From the human T2T-CHM13v2.0 reference genome, Homo sapiens: a stretch of DNA of 64,000 bases. Below are positions 24,182-39,526 of the stretch, piece by piece. Both the position numbers and the translations under genes were made by a program. The stretch lies in assembly GCF_009914755.1 (NCBI RefSeq), contig NC_060933.1; one strand, written 5' to 3'. Under the pieces are notes generated by a model, which saw only the letters and a program-made list of their open reading frames with translations, was not told the origin of the DNA and ran no database searches. Position 1 is the stretch's first letter, and every line of letters starts with the position of its first letter.

Positions 24182-25244
24182 GTATCCATTTCTTACTAAA
24201 GGTAAAAAATAATTTGAAGTATGAAGGGAACACAAAATGAATAATACCTCCAAGAAATATTCATTCATTTGTCCACTCACTCACTAAATAAATATTGAGA
24301 GACTGACTTGTAAAAGCTAATTTACTCTCTTCTAAGCTCCATCATACCAGGCTGGGAAACTCCCAGTAGATAATATGGGCACTAAGATCCAACCTAATAT
24401 AAACTCAGATCAATTTACTTCAGATATCAGGATAAAAAGTTCTGCACCATTGTGAGCCAGGGTTCTTCCAGACAGCAGTACAAGGAAGTAGAAGAGACAG
24501 AGTTGATCCAAAAAGCAATGAGCCTGGGAAGTTTTTATAGCAGGTAATTTCAAATAAATCATTTTCTATACAACTGAGATTCTTCTATTCATGAATAGAA
24601 CCTTCTTAAATGCACTCCAGCATTTCTCCAAAGTGGGGCATTGTAAACAAATAAAAAGAGGGCCAGAAATGGCTATTTATCTCACTTAAGCGTAATAGAG
24701 CATCCAATACCAGCATCCAGGCTGGGTCAATGGAAATCTGGTTCCAGACTTTGCTTTTGCCTTTGAAGATAATTTTTTTTTTCTTTAAACTGTATTTGAA
24801 GTGAGATTCTATATGGACTGCTATGTAAGGGAAGGGATTCTTTGAAAATGGGTCCAACCCACTAGAAGAAGAGATAACAAATGGAGATAAGCTGAACCCT
24901 GATTACTTTACTTGGAGCCTGAAATCACCTTTAGCTTAAATCATACTACCCTTGGGCTTAGTTACTTTAGTCTACTTTTTTTTTCCATTTATGTTACTTG
25001 CCCCCAAATGAGTCTTAATGGGGACAAATGGTCATTCAGGTACAGGCCTCAGAAGAGCATTCCTGATGAGAGGAAACATTTCCAAGGAATGTTAATGAGA
25101 TTGTTCTGGGACAGGATAAATAAAAGAAATACATTTAGAGGAGTTCTACATTTAAGGAACAGCACAGAAAGAGAAACGTACAAAACAGCTAGTGGTGGAA
25201 CAGTAATAGAATGAAAGGGAAAACCAATTTCTTTGAAACGTTTA

Positions 25245-26407
25245 CAGTCATGCCCCACATAATAATGCTTTGGTCAATGACAGACTGCATTTAAAATAGT
25301 GGTCCCATAAGATTCTAATGGAGCTGAAAAATATCTTCCATGTAGTGACATAATAGCCATTATAACTTCAAAGCTCAATGCATTACTCAAGTGCATTTGG
25401 TGATGCTGATATAAACAAACCTATCGTGCTGCCAATCATAGACAAGAATAGTGCATATAATTATGTACAACACATAATACTTGATAATGATAATAAATTA
25501 CTATGTTACTCATTTATGTATATACTTTACTATTTAATGTTATCTTAGGGTATACTCTTATTTATTAAAAAAAATTATCTGTAAGACTGTCTCAGGCAGG
25601 TCCTTCAGGAGATATTTTAGAAGAAGGCATTGTTATCACAGCAGACTACAGGTCCATGCATGTTATTGCCCCTGAAGACCTTCCAGTGGGATGAGGTGTG
25701 AAGGTAAAACACAATTATATCGATGATCCTGATCGTGTGTAGGCCTAGGCTAATGTGTGTGTTTGCATTTTACTTTTTAACAAAAAGGTGTACAAAGCTG
25801 AAAAAGGAAAAAATCTTATAAAACAGAGCTATAAAAGATGATATTTTTGTATAGCTGCACAATGTGTTTGTGTTTTAAGCTAAATGTTATTATAAAAAAT
25901 CAAAGCGTTGAAACATATAAAAGCGTTAAAATATATTAGATTAAAAGGTATAGTAAGATAATGTTAATTTCATGGTCCTTAAGTGTATCATTTTTATAAA
26001 ATCCACAGTCATATACAGTAATGTCCTAGGGTTTCACATTCACTCGCCATTCACTCACTGACTTATCCAGAGTAACTTTTAGTCTTCAAGCTCCATTTAT
26101 GGTAAGTTCCCAATATAGACGTAACATTTTCCATCTTTTACGCTGTACTTTTACTATACCTACTCTATGTTTAGATACGTTTAAATACACAAATACTTGC
26201 CGTTATGTTACAATTGCCTACATGTTCAGTATAGTCACACGCTGTACAGGTGTGTAGCCTAGGAGCAATAGGCTATATCTCATATAGCCTAGATATGTAG
26301 CAGACTATGTTGTCAAGGTTTTGTAAACATCTATGATGTTTGCATAATGACAAAATTGCCTAATAATGCATTTCTCAGATCATATCAGTATTACTGTCAC
26401 ATGATTA
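25245..26407 (+). mobile_element. Tigger3b-type DNA transposon, near full length
   Basis: TA|CAGTCATGCCCCACATAA 5' TIR; 3' TIR remnant ...CACATGATTA|TA; ~1.16 kb. Confidence 0.88.
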
Positions 26408-27576
26408 TACATATTTAATTTCTACTGGTGAAATATTATTATTCATATTGAACAGAATTGAAACTCTAGCTCTATTACTTATCTCTCCTAGTTGAAGCCA
26501 AGCTTTTTCCAACAGATTGGAAAACTATATGCTACTGAGAAAGTTACTGCTATTGGAGTTCTAAAATACATACGTATGTCTCTTAGCTCTCAAAATTATT
26601 TTGTAATATCATATGCCCAAATACAAAAATATAAGTGCCCAAATATTTAGACTTGTATAGTCAATGAGTATAATTAAGTCTTGACACTAAGTAATATTCA
26701 AAGAGGGAAGTTTGCTCTTTATTTTCCTAATTGCCATGGGCAACCATCAGTTATTTACTTCATTTCCTTTCAATAGTTCTTGCTCTCAGCAAGTCGGGAT
26801 CTCTCAGAGAGAAAGATTCATAGAGGCCTGAGAAAAACAGAAGAATCTAGGGACAAATGTAAAACCATCTTCCTAATTACAATCCATTTATTAGATACAC
26901 CATCCTAAATTTTGTCCTAAAGAATAAGCAGGGCTCATATTCTATTTCTTATATTTTTTGAGGGACGATTTCAGTGTAAGCAACAAAGCAGTGGAAATAA
27001 TTTCAAATGCTAGAATAGTTTTTTGAGTAAAATCTGGTCCTACTAATGATTTAAGAGCTGGAACACAACTTCTTGCAGATCTAGAGCTGGATCCTAGTCC
27101 AAGTGTTCCTGGAAGGGATGGGGTAAGGGTGAATGGAGTGTGGGAATGCAGTCCTGCTGAGTATGGGCAGCTGTTCTGGAGCCAAGCAATTCACAGTTTC
27201 ACTTTGCCAAAATAAATCCACTTGAATGATTTTTTTTTCAGGGATGAAACTGAGAAATTGGTGGTGAGTAGTTCTGCTTAGGAAAATTTTTGACATTTCA
27301 GGATAAATGACAAATATTACACTTTTTCTGAGACTATCTTAAAAATTCATTTACATATCTAATTCTCATTATTTTGCTAAACTTTCTATACTTGCTATTC
27401 ACTTATTCACATTTAAATTTTTATTGTGACAATTATATAAATGGAAATAGCTGTATCTTTTAAGTATAGAATCCCTATATTTTTCTTCTTGCTAGCCATA
27501 TCTATCTTATTTATAGTGAGTATCCAACTTTCATGAATTCTGAAAGTGTTCAATGACCTCAGAAAGCAATACAATT

Positions 27577-27755
27577 GTGTGGTATACAGAATATTAGATG
27601 GTCATGACCTTAGCCTCCCAGTGTTACTTTGATGATTATATTGTATTACATGGCAAAATGGATTGCGCAGATGTAATTAATGTTAATAATCAGTTGATGT
27701 GAAGACAGGAAGATTATCCAAGTGTACCTAATCTAATACAATGAGCTCTGTAAAA
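27577..27755 (+). mobile_element. MLT1 (MLT1E-like) LTR, 5' half
   Basis: TACATGGCAAAATGGATTGCGCAGATGTAATTAA...CCTAATCTAATACAATGAGC; continues at 33981. Confidence 0.75.
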
Positions 27756-29462
27756 TTTTATTTATTTTTGCCCGACTGTCTTATTTCTGAGAGCCAGTTT
27801 TCAAGCTCTGAGGTCCTTTCCTCAACTTGGTCCATTCTGTTGTTAATACTTGTGATTGCATTATGAAATTCTTGTGGTGTGTTTTCCAACTCTAGCCAGT
27901 CAATTTGGTTCTGTTTTATACTGGCTATTTCACCGATCAGCACCTGAATTATTTTTTGTGTTTGTTCCTTAGTGATATGGTGTGGCTCTGTGTTCCCATT
28001 CAAATCTTATCTGGAACTGTAATCCCCATGTGTTGAGAGAGGAACCTGGTGGGAGGTGATTGGATCATGGTGGTGGTTCCCCCGTGCTGTTCTCATGATA
28101 GTGAGTGAGTTCTCATGAGATCTGATGGTTTAAAAGTGACTGTCCCCCTTCACTCTCTCTCTCTTCTGCCACCCTGTGAAGAAGTTACTTGCTTCTCCTT
28201 CACCTTCAGCTATGATTATAAGTTTTCTGAGGCCTCCCCAGCAATTCAGAACTATGAGTCAATTAAATCTTTTTCCTTTATAAATTACCCAGTCTCAGAA
28301 GTTCTTTATAGCAGGGTGATAACAGACTAATACACTTAGCTTCCTTGAATTAGGTTTCGATGTTCCCCTGAATTTCAATGATCTTTGTTCCTATCTATAT
28401 TCTGAAATCAATTTATGTCATTTCAGCCATCTCAGCCTAGTTAAGAACCCTTGCTGGGGAACTAGTGTGATCTTTGGGAGGAAAGAAGACATGCTGGTCT
28501 TTTGAGTTGCCAGAGATCTTGCATAGGTTCTTTCTCATCTGTGTGTGTGTGTGTGTGTGGGTGTTCCTTTAATTGCAGTGTAAATTGAGTACAGTCAGTA
28601 GACTTCTTTCCATGTTTTCAGAGTCCTAAGGCTTTGTTTAGGGCCTTTATTTGTAGCTAAATTCTTGTCTTTCTTTTCACAGCAGGGTATGATAGCAAAG
28701 TATTATTGGTGTTGAAGTTTTGGGGTGTGATCTAGTAGCTGGTGCTGAAGTGTAATGGTCACTGTGTAGGCTCCTGCTCAGTCATGTGGCTCCTCCGTAT
28801 TTCCTCATGGGTTGCAGCTATGCTTCCTCTCAATGTTTTGAAAGTCAGTGTAGGCTCCTCTCCCACTTGAGTGCTCACTGCAGATCTTGGCTTGGTGCAT
28901 CCAGGCTGCACACCATAGTTCTGAAATGATCATAGGCTTTATGTTACTTCCCCAGCTTGGAAGCAGCAGAGGAGACCCTGTGGCTCAACGTCTTTTCTTG
29001 TCACTTGGGGCTCCATTGCAGAAAGATGCAGAACTGCAATCAATTAGCATGATCAGCCTGACATGGGGCAGCTGCACTGTGAGCCCACGCTGGGGGGATC
29101 CTGTCTGGTGACTAGCAGAGAATGTGGGTAGGACCCGTGGGAGACAGACTGGCCTCCTCTCATTAGAGAAACTACAACTTGCGGGATAAAGCACTCGGAG
29201 TCTTTGCTCCTTCCCTAGTTCAAGGGTAAACAGGGAAGTTAAACTGGAGAGGCAGTGGCAGAGGGACTTTTGGTTGCCCCTGGGAGCTCCATCTCTGAGA
29301 AATGTGGAGCTGCTGCTACTGGGAGTGTTCAGCCAGAGGGTGAAGCAGCTGCACTGCTTGCCTGAGCTAGAGGCTCTGCTTGTTGGGGAAGAGGGGGTCA
29401 AGGGCCCATAGCAGCAAGAAATGGGGCTTTTCTCTAAATGGTGGCTGTGGTGTGCTGTACGC
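27756..29462 (-). mobile_element. Inverted 5' segment (5'UTR and ORF1 N-terminal half) of the L1PA15/16-type element
   Basis: Minus-strand ORF1 peptide EIASIKQNQ...EFHNAITSINNRMDQVEERTSELE; GC-richer 5'UTR-like sequence to the right. Confidence 0.85.
27973..28334 (+). mobile_element. MaLR solo LTR (THE1D/MSTA-type) nested in L1
   Basis: TGATATGG...GACTAATACA with 5-bp TSD CTTAG on both sides. Confidence 0.92.
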
Positions 29463-32400
29463 ATGGGGAGAAAGCAACCAACTTAGAAAACATATTTCAG
29501 GATATCATCTATGAAAACTTCGTCAACCTCTCTAGAAAGGCCAACGTTCAAATTCAAAGAATATAGAGAACCTTTACAGGATGCTAAAAAAGAAGTCCAT
29601 CCCCAAGACACATAATCATCAGATTCTCCAAGGCCAAAATGAATGAAAAAGTGATAAAGTAAGCTAACGAAAAAAGGCAGATCACCTACAAGGGGCACCC
29701 CATCAGGCTAAAAGCAGAAATTTCAGCAGAAATCCTACAAGCCAGAAGAGATTGGGGGTCTATATTCAACATTATTAAAGAAAAAAAATCTTCATCCAAG
29801 AATTTCAGATGGAGCCAAACTAAGCTTCATAAGTGAAGGAGAAATAAGATCTTTTCAAACAAACACATTCAGAGGGAATTCATTACCACCAGACTGCCTT
29901 ACAAGAGTTCCTGAAAGGAGTAGTAAATATGGAAAGGAAAGACTGTTATCAGCCACTACAAAAACACCTTTAAGTACACAGACCAGTGACACTATAAAGC
30001 AACCACACAAACCAGTCTGCATAATAATCAGCTAAGAACAGGATGAGAGGATCAAATCCACATATATCAATAATAACTTTGAATGTAAATGGCCTAAATG
30101 CCTCAAAGAAAAGGCAGAGTGGCAAGCTGGATAAAGAAAAAGACCCAATGGTATACTGAATTTAAGAGCCCCATCCTACATGCAATGACACCCATAGGCT
30201 CAAAATGAATGGATGGAAAAAAAATCTACCATGCGAAAGGAGAACATAAAAAAGCAGAGGTGGCAATCCTAATTTCAGACAAAACACACTTTGAACCAAC
30301 AAAACTCAACAAACACAAGGAAGGTCATTACATAATGGTAAAAGGTTGAATTAAACAAAAAGACCTAATTATCCTAAATATACATGCACCCAACACAGGA
30401 GCACATAGATTTGTAAAACAAGTTCTTAGAGACCTACAAAGAGACTTAGATTTCTACAAAATAATAGTGGAAGACTTCAACACCCTACTAACAGTATTAG
30501 ACAGATCATTAAGGAAGAAAATTAATGAAGATATTCAGAACTTGAACTCAATACTTGATCAAATGGACCTAATAGACTTCTACAGAACGCTCTATCCAAA
30601 AATGACAAAATATACTTTCTTCTCATTACCACATGACACATACTGTAAAATGGAACACACAATCAGACATAAACCAATCTTCAGCAAATTTAAAAAAAAA
30701 ACACTGAAATCATACAAACGACACTCTCAGACAACAGTGCAATAAAAAATGTGGCACATATACACCATGGAATACTATGCAGCCATAAAAAATAATGAGG
30801 TCATGTCCTTTGTAGGGACATGGATGAAATTGGAAATCGTCATTCTCAGTAAACTATTGCAAGGACAAAAACCCAAACACCGCATGTTCTCACTCATAGA
30901 TGGGAATTGAACAATGAGAACTCATGGACACAGGAAGGGGAACATCACGCACTGGGGCCTGTTGTGGGGCAGGGGGAGGGGGCAGGGATAGCATTAGGAG
31001 ATATACCTAATGCTAAATGACGAGTTAATGGGTGCAGCACACCAGCATGGCACATGTATACATATGTAACTAACCTGCACATTGTGCACATGTACCCTAT
31101 TATTATTAAAGTATAATAATAATAATAAAAAAACAAAAAAAAACCAGTGCAATAAAAACAGAATTCAGTACAAAGAAAATCACTCAAAACCATACAATTA
31201 CATGGAAATTAAACAACCTGCTCCTAAGTGACTTTTGGGTGAACAATAAAATTAAGGAAGAAATCAAGACATTCTTTGAAAATAACAAAAAGATAAAACA
31301 AGCAAGAATCTCTGGGACACAGCTAAAGTGGTATTCAGAGGGATATTTGTAGTCCTAAATGCTCACATCAAAATGATAGATATCAAACTAAAAACCCAGC
31401 ATTACAACTAGAAGTACCAGAGGAGCAAAAGCAAACAAACCTCAAAACTAGCAGAAGAAAAGAAATAACAAAAATCAGAGCTGATATGAAGGCGTTCGAG
31501 ACATAAAAAAAAAAAATAAAAAGATGAACAAATCCAAGAGTTGGATCATTGAAAAAATCAATAAATAGATATATGGATACCTAGACTTTTAAGAAAAGGA
31601 GAAGCTCCAAATAAATACTATCAGAAATGACAAAGAAGATGTTACCACTGATCCCACAGAAAAAAAAAAATAACCACCGTAAACTACTTTAAACACCTCT
31701 ATGTACACAAACTAGAAAATGTAGGAAAAATTGATAAATTCCTGGACACATACATCCACCCAAGATGGAAGCAGGAAGAAATTGATCCTTGAACAGACCA
31801 ATAATGAGCTTCAAAACTGAATCAGTAATAAATAGCCTACCAAAAAAAAATGCCAAGGACTAGATGGATTCACAGCTGAATTCTAGTAGATATTCAAAGA
31901 ATAGCCGGTACAAATCCTACCGAAACTATTCTAAAAAATTGAAGAAGAGGGACTCCTCTCAATCTCATTCTATGAGACTAGCATCATCCTCTATGAGACC
32001 AGCATCATCTTCATATGAAAACCTGGCAGAGAAACAGCAAAATAAAAAATAAAATAAAAAAATAAAAAAAAACTTCAGACCAATATCCTTGATGAACATA
32101 GATGCAACAATCCTCAACAAAATACTAGCGAACAGAATGCAGCAGGACATCAAAAAGCTAATTCATCATGATCAAGTAGACCTTATCCCAAAGACGAAAG
32201 GTTGGTTCAATATATGCAAATCAATAAATGTGATTAATCATGTAAACTAAAGACAAAAACCACATGATTATCTCAATAGATGCATAAAAAGCAAAAACCA
32301 CATGATTATCACAATAGATGCATTCAACACTGCTACATGTTAAATAACCTTCAATAAATTTAGGCATTCAAATGACCACACTGCCCAAAGCAATTTACAG

Positions 32401-33980
32401 ATTCAATGCTATTGCTATAGAACTACCAACAACATTCTTCACAGAACTAGAAAAAAACTATTTTTAAAATTCACCTAGCCCTCAAAAAAGACCCTGGATA
32501 GCCAAGGGAATCTTAAGCAAAAAGAACAAAACTGAAGCCATCACATTATATGACTTCAAACTCTTCTACAGGGCCACAGTAACCCAAGTAGCATAACACT
32601 AGTACAAAAACAGACACATAGAACAATGGAACAGAATAGAGAGCCCAGAAATAATGCCACACATCTACAGCCATCTAATTTTCAACAAAACCAACAAAAA
32701 CAAGCAATAAAGAAAGAAGTTCCCATTCAATAAGTGGTGATGGGATATCTGATTAGTCATATGCAAGAAGATTGAAACTGGACTCCTTCTTTATACCATA
32801 TATAAAAATCAACTCATCATGAATTAAATACTTAAATGTGAAACCCAAAACTATAAAAACTCTGGAAGATATCCTAGGAAATGCCATTCTGGATATAGGA
32901 ACTGGCAAAGATTCCATGATGAACGTGCTAAAAGCAATCGCAACAAAAGCAAAAACTGACAAATGGGATCTAATGAAACTAAAGAGTTTCTGCACTGCAA
33001 AAGAAATTGTCAGCAGAGTAAACAGACAACCTAAAGAATGGGGGGAAATTTTTGCGAAGTAGCCTTCTGAAAAAAGTCTAGTATCTAGAATCTATAAGGA
33101 ACTTAAACCAATTAACAAGCCAAAAAATAAAAATAAAAACAAACTAATTAAAAAGTGGATAAAGGACATGCACAGACACTTTTCAAAAGAAGACATACAT
33201 GCTGCCAACGAGCATATGTAAAAACCTTAACATCCACTCATTAGATAAATGCAAATCAAAACCACAGCAAGATACCATTTCACACCTGTCAGAATGGCTA
33301 TTATTAAAAAATCAGAAAGCAACAGATTTTGGCAATGTGGTGGAGAAAAGGGAACACTTACACACTGCTGGTGGGTGTGTAAATTAGTTCAGCTATTGTG
33401 GAACGCAGTGTAGTGATTCCTCAGAGAACTAAAAACACAATTACCATTTGACCCAACACCATTACTGGATATATATTCAAAAGAAAACAAATTGTTCTAC
33501 CATAAAGATACATGCACACATATGTCCATTGCAGCACTATTCAAAATAACAAATACATGGATCAACCTAAAGGCCCATCAACAGTATATTGGATAAGGAA
33601 AATGTGGTACATATACACCACGGAATATATGCAGCCATAAAAAGAATGGAATCATGTCCTTTGCAGCAAGATGGATGGAACTGGAGACCATTATTCTTAG
33701 CAAACTAATGCGGGAACAGAAAACCAAAGACTGCATGTTCTCACTTATAAGTGGGAGCTAAATAAGGAGAACACGTGGACAGAAACAACCAACAATGGGG
33801 CCTACTAGAAGGTGGAAGGCAGGAGAGAGAGGATTTAGAAAGAATACATACTGGGTACTATGCTTAGTACCTGGATGATGAAATGTTCTATATACCACAG
33901 CCTCGTGACACGAGTTTACCTATATAACAAATCTGCACATGTACCACTGAACCTGAAATAAAAGTTAAAAGAAGGAAAAA
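29463..33980 (+). mobile_element. L1PA15/16-type LINE-1 sense segment (ORF1 C-terminal half, decayed ORF2 with RT deletion, 3'UTR)
   Basis: ORF1 LENIFQDIIYENF; ORF2 EN DFNTLLTVLDRS; [19 protein letters not shown]; 3' end GAACCTGAAATAAAAGTTAAAA. Confidence 0.93.
30749..31144 (+). mobile_element. Young L1PA (L1PA3/4-like) 3' end nested in the older L1
   Basis: L1PA 3'UTR with A-tail; TSD CAGTGCAATAAAAA at 30735 and 31145. Confidence 0.93.
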
Positions 33981-34358
33981 AGGAGTCTTACCTGGCTTGC
34001 AGCCCGAGAAGTCAAAGTGATTTGAATCACAAGAAGGGTTCAGTGTATTGTTGCTGCCTTTGAAGACAGAAAGGGGCCACATGCAAGAACCAAAGGGTGT
34101 CTTCTAGCAGCTTGTGCAATCCCAAGTGGACATCCAGAGGAAATGTGAGCCTCAGTGCTACAATCACAAGAAACTGAATTCTTCCAACAACCTGAATGAG
34201 CTTAGAGGTGACTTTTCCCCTAGTTTCCAGATAAAAACTTAAAGTTAGCTATATCTTCAGTATCACCCTGTGAGTTCCTAAGTAAAAAAACTGGTGGAGT
34301 CTGCCTGGACTTTTGATGTACAAAACTGTTAGAAAATAATTGAGTTTAATGTTAAGTA
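33981..34358 (+). mobile_element. MLT1 (MLT1E-like) LTR, 3' half
   Basis: GCCTTTGAAGACAGAAAGGGGCCACATGCAAG...CACAAGAAACTGAATTCTTCCAACAACCTGAATGAGCTT. Confidence 0.8.
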
Positions 34359-35224
34359 AAAAATATGAGAAATCAAACCTACGTAATAATTTTGTTAATT
34401 TCTACAAGTCTTTCAAATCAAATAGGTAGGATTTTTAAATTATATATTTTGTTGTAAGGTTGTGTATTATTCTCTATATAAATAAATTCAAATTTTAAAC
34501 TTTATTCCAAGGGTTGGTAAAAACATATATTATTATATTGTGAAAAATGATTATAATTTCAGTTATAGTTCTCAGTTGTGGTTTTATATTTTCTTTCGTA
34601 TTTTTCTTGCGTGTTTTCTATGTGGTTTTCAAGTGTTTTTAAAGTTTTCCTCCATCCTGGATTTTCTTTCTCTCAATCCATGTATCCTCCAACTTTTTCA
34701 AATATCCCCATCAAATTGCCTCCCTCTCCACTTACTAATATACTCCTTTCAACTTTTCAGTTGTTTCACACTTTTGTTTTTAGTTCATATTTTAGTGTTT
34801 TAGTTTATTTATATTTTATCTTCCTAAATAAAAAAGTTCTTCCTGGAGCATTTATTGACATTCTCAAAGGATGAACCACTTCTATAGAGCTTAACCAACA
34901 CATTTACTTACAGTTATATTCCCATATTATCAAAACTTTATACTACTCTAAACTTCTTTTTCTGTAAGCAAAAGCCAATTGGTAACTATAATTTGAATTT
35001 TCATGTAAAATGACTTGTACAATTGTTTTGTGCAAATGTTATTTTCCTTTTTCGTGTTGAACAATGGGACCAAAACATAAAAACAACCAAATGGCAAACA
35101 TTTCTTTGACATATTTACTCTGTAAGTGGGCTATAAAGAGGTCTCATAAAATTATTTTTTCTTTAAAAAAATCCTTCTTTTCTGTATCTTCCATTTGATA
35201 TTAAAATATAACATTAAGCTACTA

Positions 35225-35517
35225 TTTTTTTTTTAGATGAAATCTCACTCTGTATCCAGGCTGGGGTGCAGTGGCACAATCTCGGCTCACTGCAACCTCA
35301 GACTCCACTCCCTAGTTCAAGTGATTCTCCTGCTTCAGCCTCCACAGTAGTGGGGATTACAGGCTCGTGCCACCGTGCCCGACTAATTTTTGTATTTTGA
35401 GTTGGGATGGGGTTTCACCATGTTGGCCAGGCTGGTCTCGAACTCCCAACCTCGTGATATGCCCGCCTTGGCCTCCCAAAGTGCTGGGATTACAGGCGTG
35501 AGCCATCGCGACCGGCC
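35225..35517 (-). mobile_element. Alu (AluS-type)
   Basis: Antisense Alu, both arms. Confidence 0.95.
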
Positions 35518-35978
35518 TTGTGCCTGTTTTACCTGTTATTGCTTACATTCTGTTCTCTTTACTATTTAATTCTATTCCATTTACATAGACTCAATGCCTA
35601 AATTTTATTTAACTTTGAATCATAATTTTCTTTAATTATCCTAAATTTTCTCTGCTTTCCTTCTTGACTTATTCCTTCTGGTACTTCATTTCAATTACTA
35701 AAATTTACTTGGTTGGTTATTGTTAACCGAACTTCTAATTCAATATAAAGTAGTTCAAAATTATGAGTCTTTATTTTTCAAAAGGTTTTCTTTTCCAGTC
35801 ATCATCTAGTAATATGTGATTTTAAAATTTCATTAAATTTAGTCTATCTTTTAATTATCTTGGTTTAATGAAGGATTGTTTTAGATATATGTATTTCTTC
35901 CTCAATTTCCTTCCTTGATACTACTGCATTGCTTTGTGCATGTGCCCAGCTGTATTTCTTGGTATATAATTTTTTGAG

Positions 35979-36040
35979 AAGTGTGATGTAGTAACACTTC
36001 TACATAAGTGTGATGTAGTAACACTTCTACACTTCTACAT
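35979..36040. repeat. 27-bp tandem duplication AAGTGTGATGTAGTAACACTTCTACAT plus a short internal repeat
   Basis: Directly visible. Confidence 0.85.
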
Positions 36041-36834
36041 ATTTCTTTTACTTCTAGTAAAAGAAATAATATTCATGAAAGGATTTTAGAAAAACTTTAA
36101 AAATAGGTAATTTAAATAGAGGTTTCAGCAGCATGCTGATGCTCCTCAGTAAGAACTAGATGGCATACATAAAGTCAAAAGAGGTTTGACTTTGACTTCA
36201 AAAACAATTCAACTAGATAGAAAAGAAATAATAGGTAATTTAAAAATTACTATAGCCATCCCACCTAAATTGAAATGCAGAAATATGTAGAATTAGAAAG
36301 TAAAGTATTTATCAAAATATAACGGTTGATCCAAATTATTGCTTTTCTTGTCAGAAATATTCAGGAACTAGGAAATAATAGTCATTACTTTCCCAAGTCA
36401 GTTATTCTTTATGTTCATAAGTAATTGCTTATTTGCTATAGCCAATACTCATGGAAGCCTTTGTCTTCTGTGACATAGCAGGTTTACAGTTCTGCTTCAA
36501 ATTTTTGAAGTTTTCACTGTTACATTCACTGGCTCATTTTATTTCATGATTTTGAGTCTGGGAGACATTCCCTTGGCTCAGTGTTTTCGTCTATTGTAAA
36601 TTCACTTCACTCACAATTTGCACCTTTTCTTCATTTTTCATTATAATAAATAACAGTTTCTTTGGTTTGGAAATCTACAGTCAACCTTAAGTTTACATTC
36701 ATATTATTTTAATTTGTCTCTATTTCATTCCTGCTCTCATAACCCTTACCTAATCAATGTCTAAATTGTGAAGAATAAGCATTGTAGTGACAAATGTCAT
36801 GCTTGTCTACATTTCTTTAGACAATATCTTTTTA

Positions 36835-37125
36835 TTTATTTTTCTTTCTTTTTTTTTTTTTTGAGATGGAGTCTCGCTCTATTGCCCAGGTTGGAGTGCA
36901 GTGGCGCGATCTTGGCTCACTGTAAGCTCTGCTAGGTGCAGTGGCTCACGCCTGTAATCCCAGCACTTTGGGAAGCTGAGGCGGGTGGATCACGAGGTCA
37001 GGAGATCGAGACCGTCCTGGCTAACACGGTGAAACCCCATCTCTACTAAAAATACAAAAAATTAGCCGGGCGTGGTGGCAGGCACCTGTAGTCCCAGCTA
37101 CTCAGGAGGCTGAGGCAGGAGAATC
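36835..37125 (-). mobile_element. AluY with internal 5' inversion
   Basis: Antisense poly(T) and 3' part (36835-36932) fused to a sense 5' part (36931-37125); one TSD GACAATATCTTTTTA at 36820 and 37126. Confidence 0.92.
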
Positions 37126-37849
37126 GACAATATCTTTTTAAAACATAATTATTTGATTCCTGAATTGCCAAATCCCAGTCTGTTTTTTAGTCCTTTTCTT
37201 ATTGCTTTCTAAGGCATAATAAATGTAACTACTGGGAGAAATGTATCAATGTCATCTTTGAAAATTTTTAACTATCTAAATTTGGTGAAATGATAAGATA
37301 TGGATATATATATTAAAATATTCGCTTGAGCAATGACTCAGTACTTCAGAAACAAGTAGCAGGCTTTAAAACCTGAGGAAAAATTAGGCTTGTGTCACAA
37401 CACAAACCACAAGAAATCCAAAAACAGTAAGGGTGACTGTGCAAGGAGGACAGAAAAGAAGTACTAAACCACTTTAACACTATCTTACATTTATCAGAAA
37501 TAACAGAAATTATACATATATGCTCTATAGAATTTTAAACAAAGAAACAAAATGTGGTGCTTTTCTCCAGATGTTTTGGCCAGAGGACATAATCTGAATG
37601 ATTTAAATTCCTTGAAATTGACTGTGACTTGCTATACAGCCAGCATATGGTTGTTTTATTTTGTAAAATATCCTATATGCTCTTGAAAATAATGTGCCTT
37701 CTGTTTCTAAGCCAATTCGGTTAAGTCAAAACAAAATTCTAACTATAAGATAATAATAACCGAGAATAAATAGTCACCTGCAGAGGACCAAAGCATTCTA
37801 TCAAACTTTTACTGCAACTGGATTGCAAGAAGGTAATGGCATATTAAAA

Positions 37850-39526
<1,677 letters not shown>

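Noticed and set aside
14630-26407. Two oppositely oriented Tigger3 copies as a composite transposon
   Set aside because: Independently diverged copies with their own TA ends; no shared outer TSD or cargo
30467-33387. L1 ORF2-like ORFs as a functional CDS
   Set aside because: Fragmented by stops, frameshifts, a nested insertion and an RT deletion
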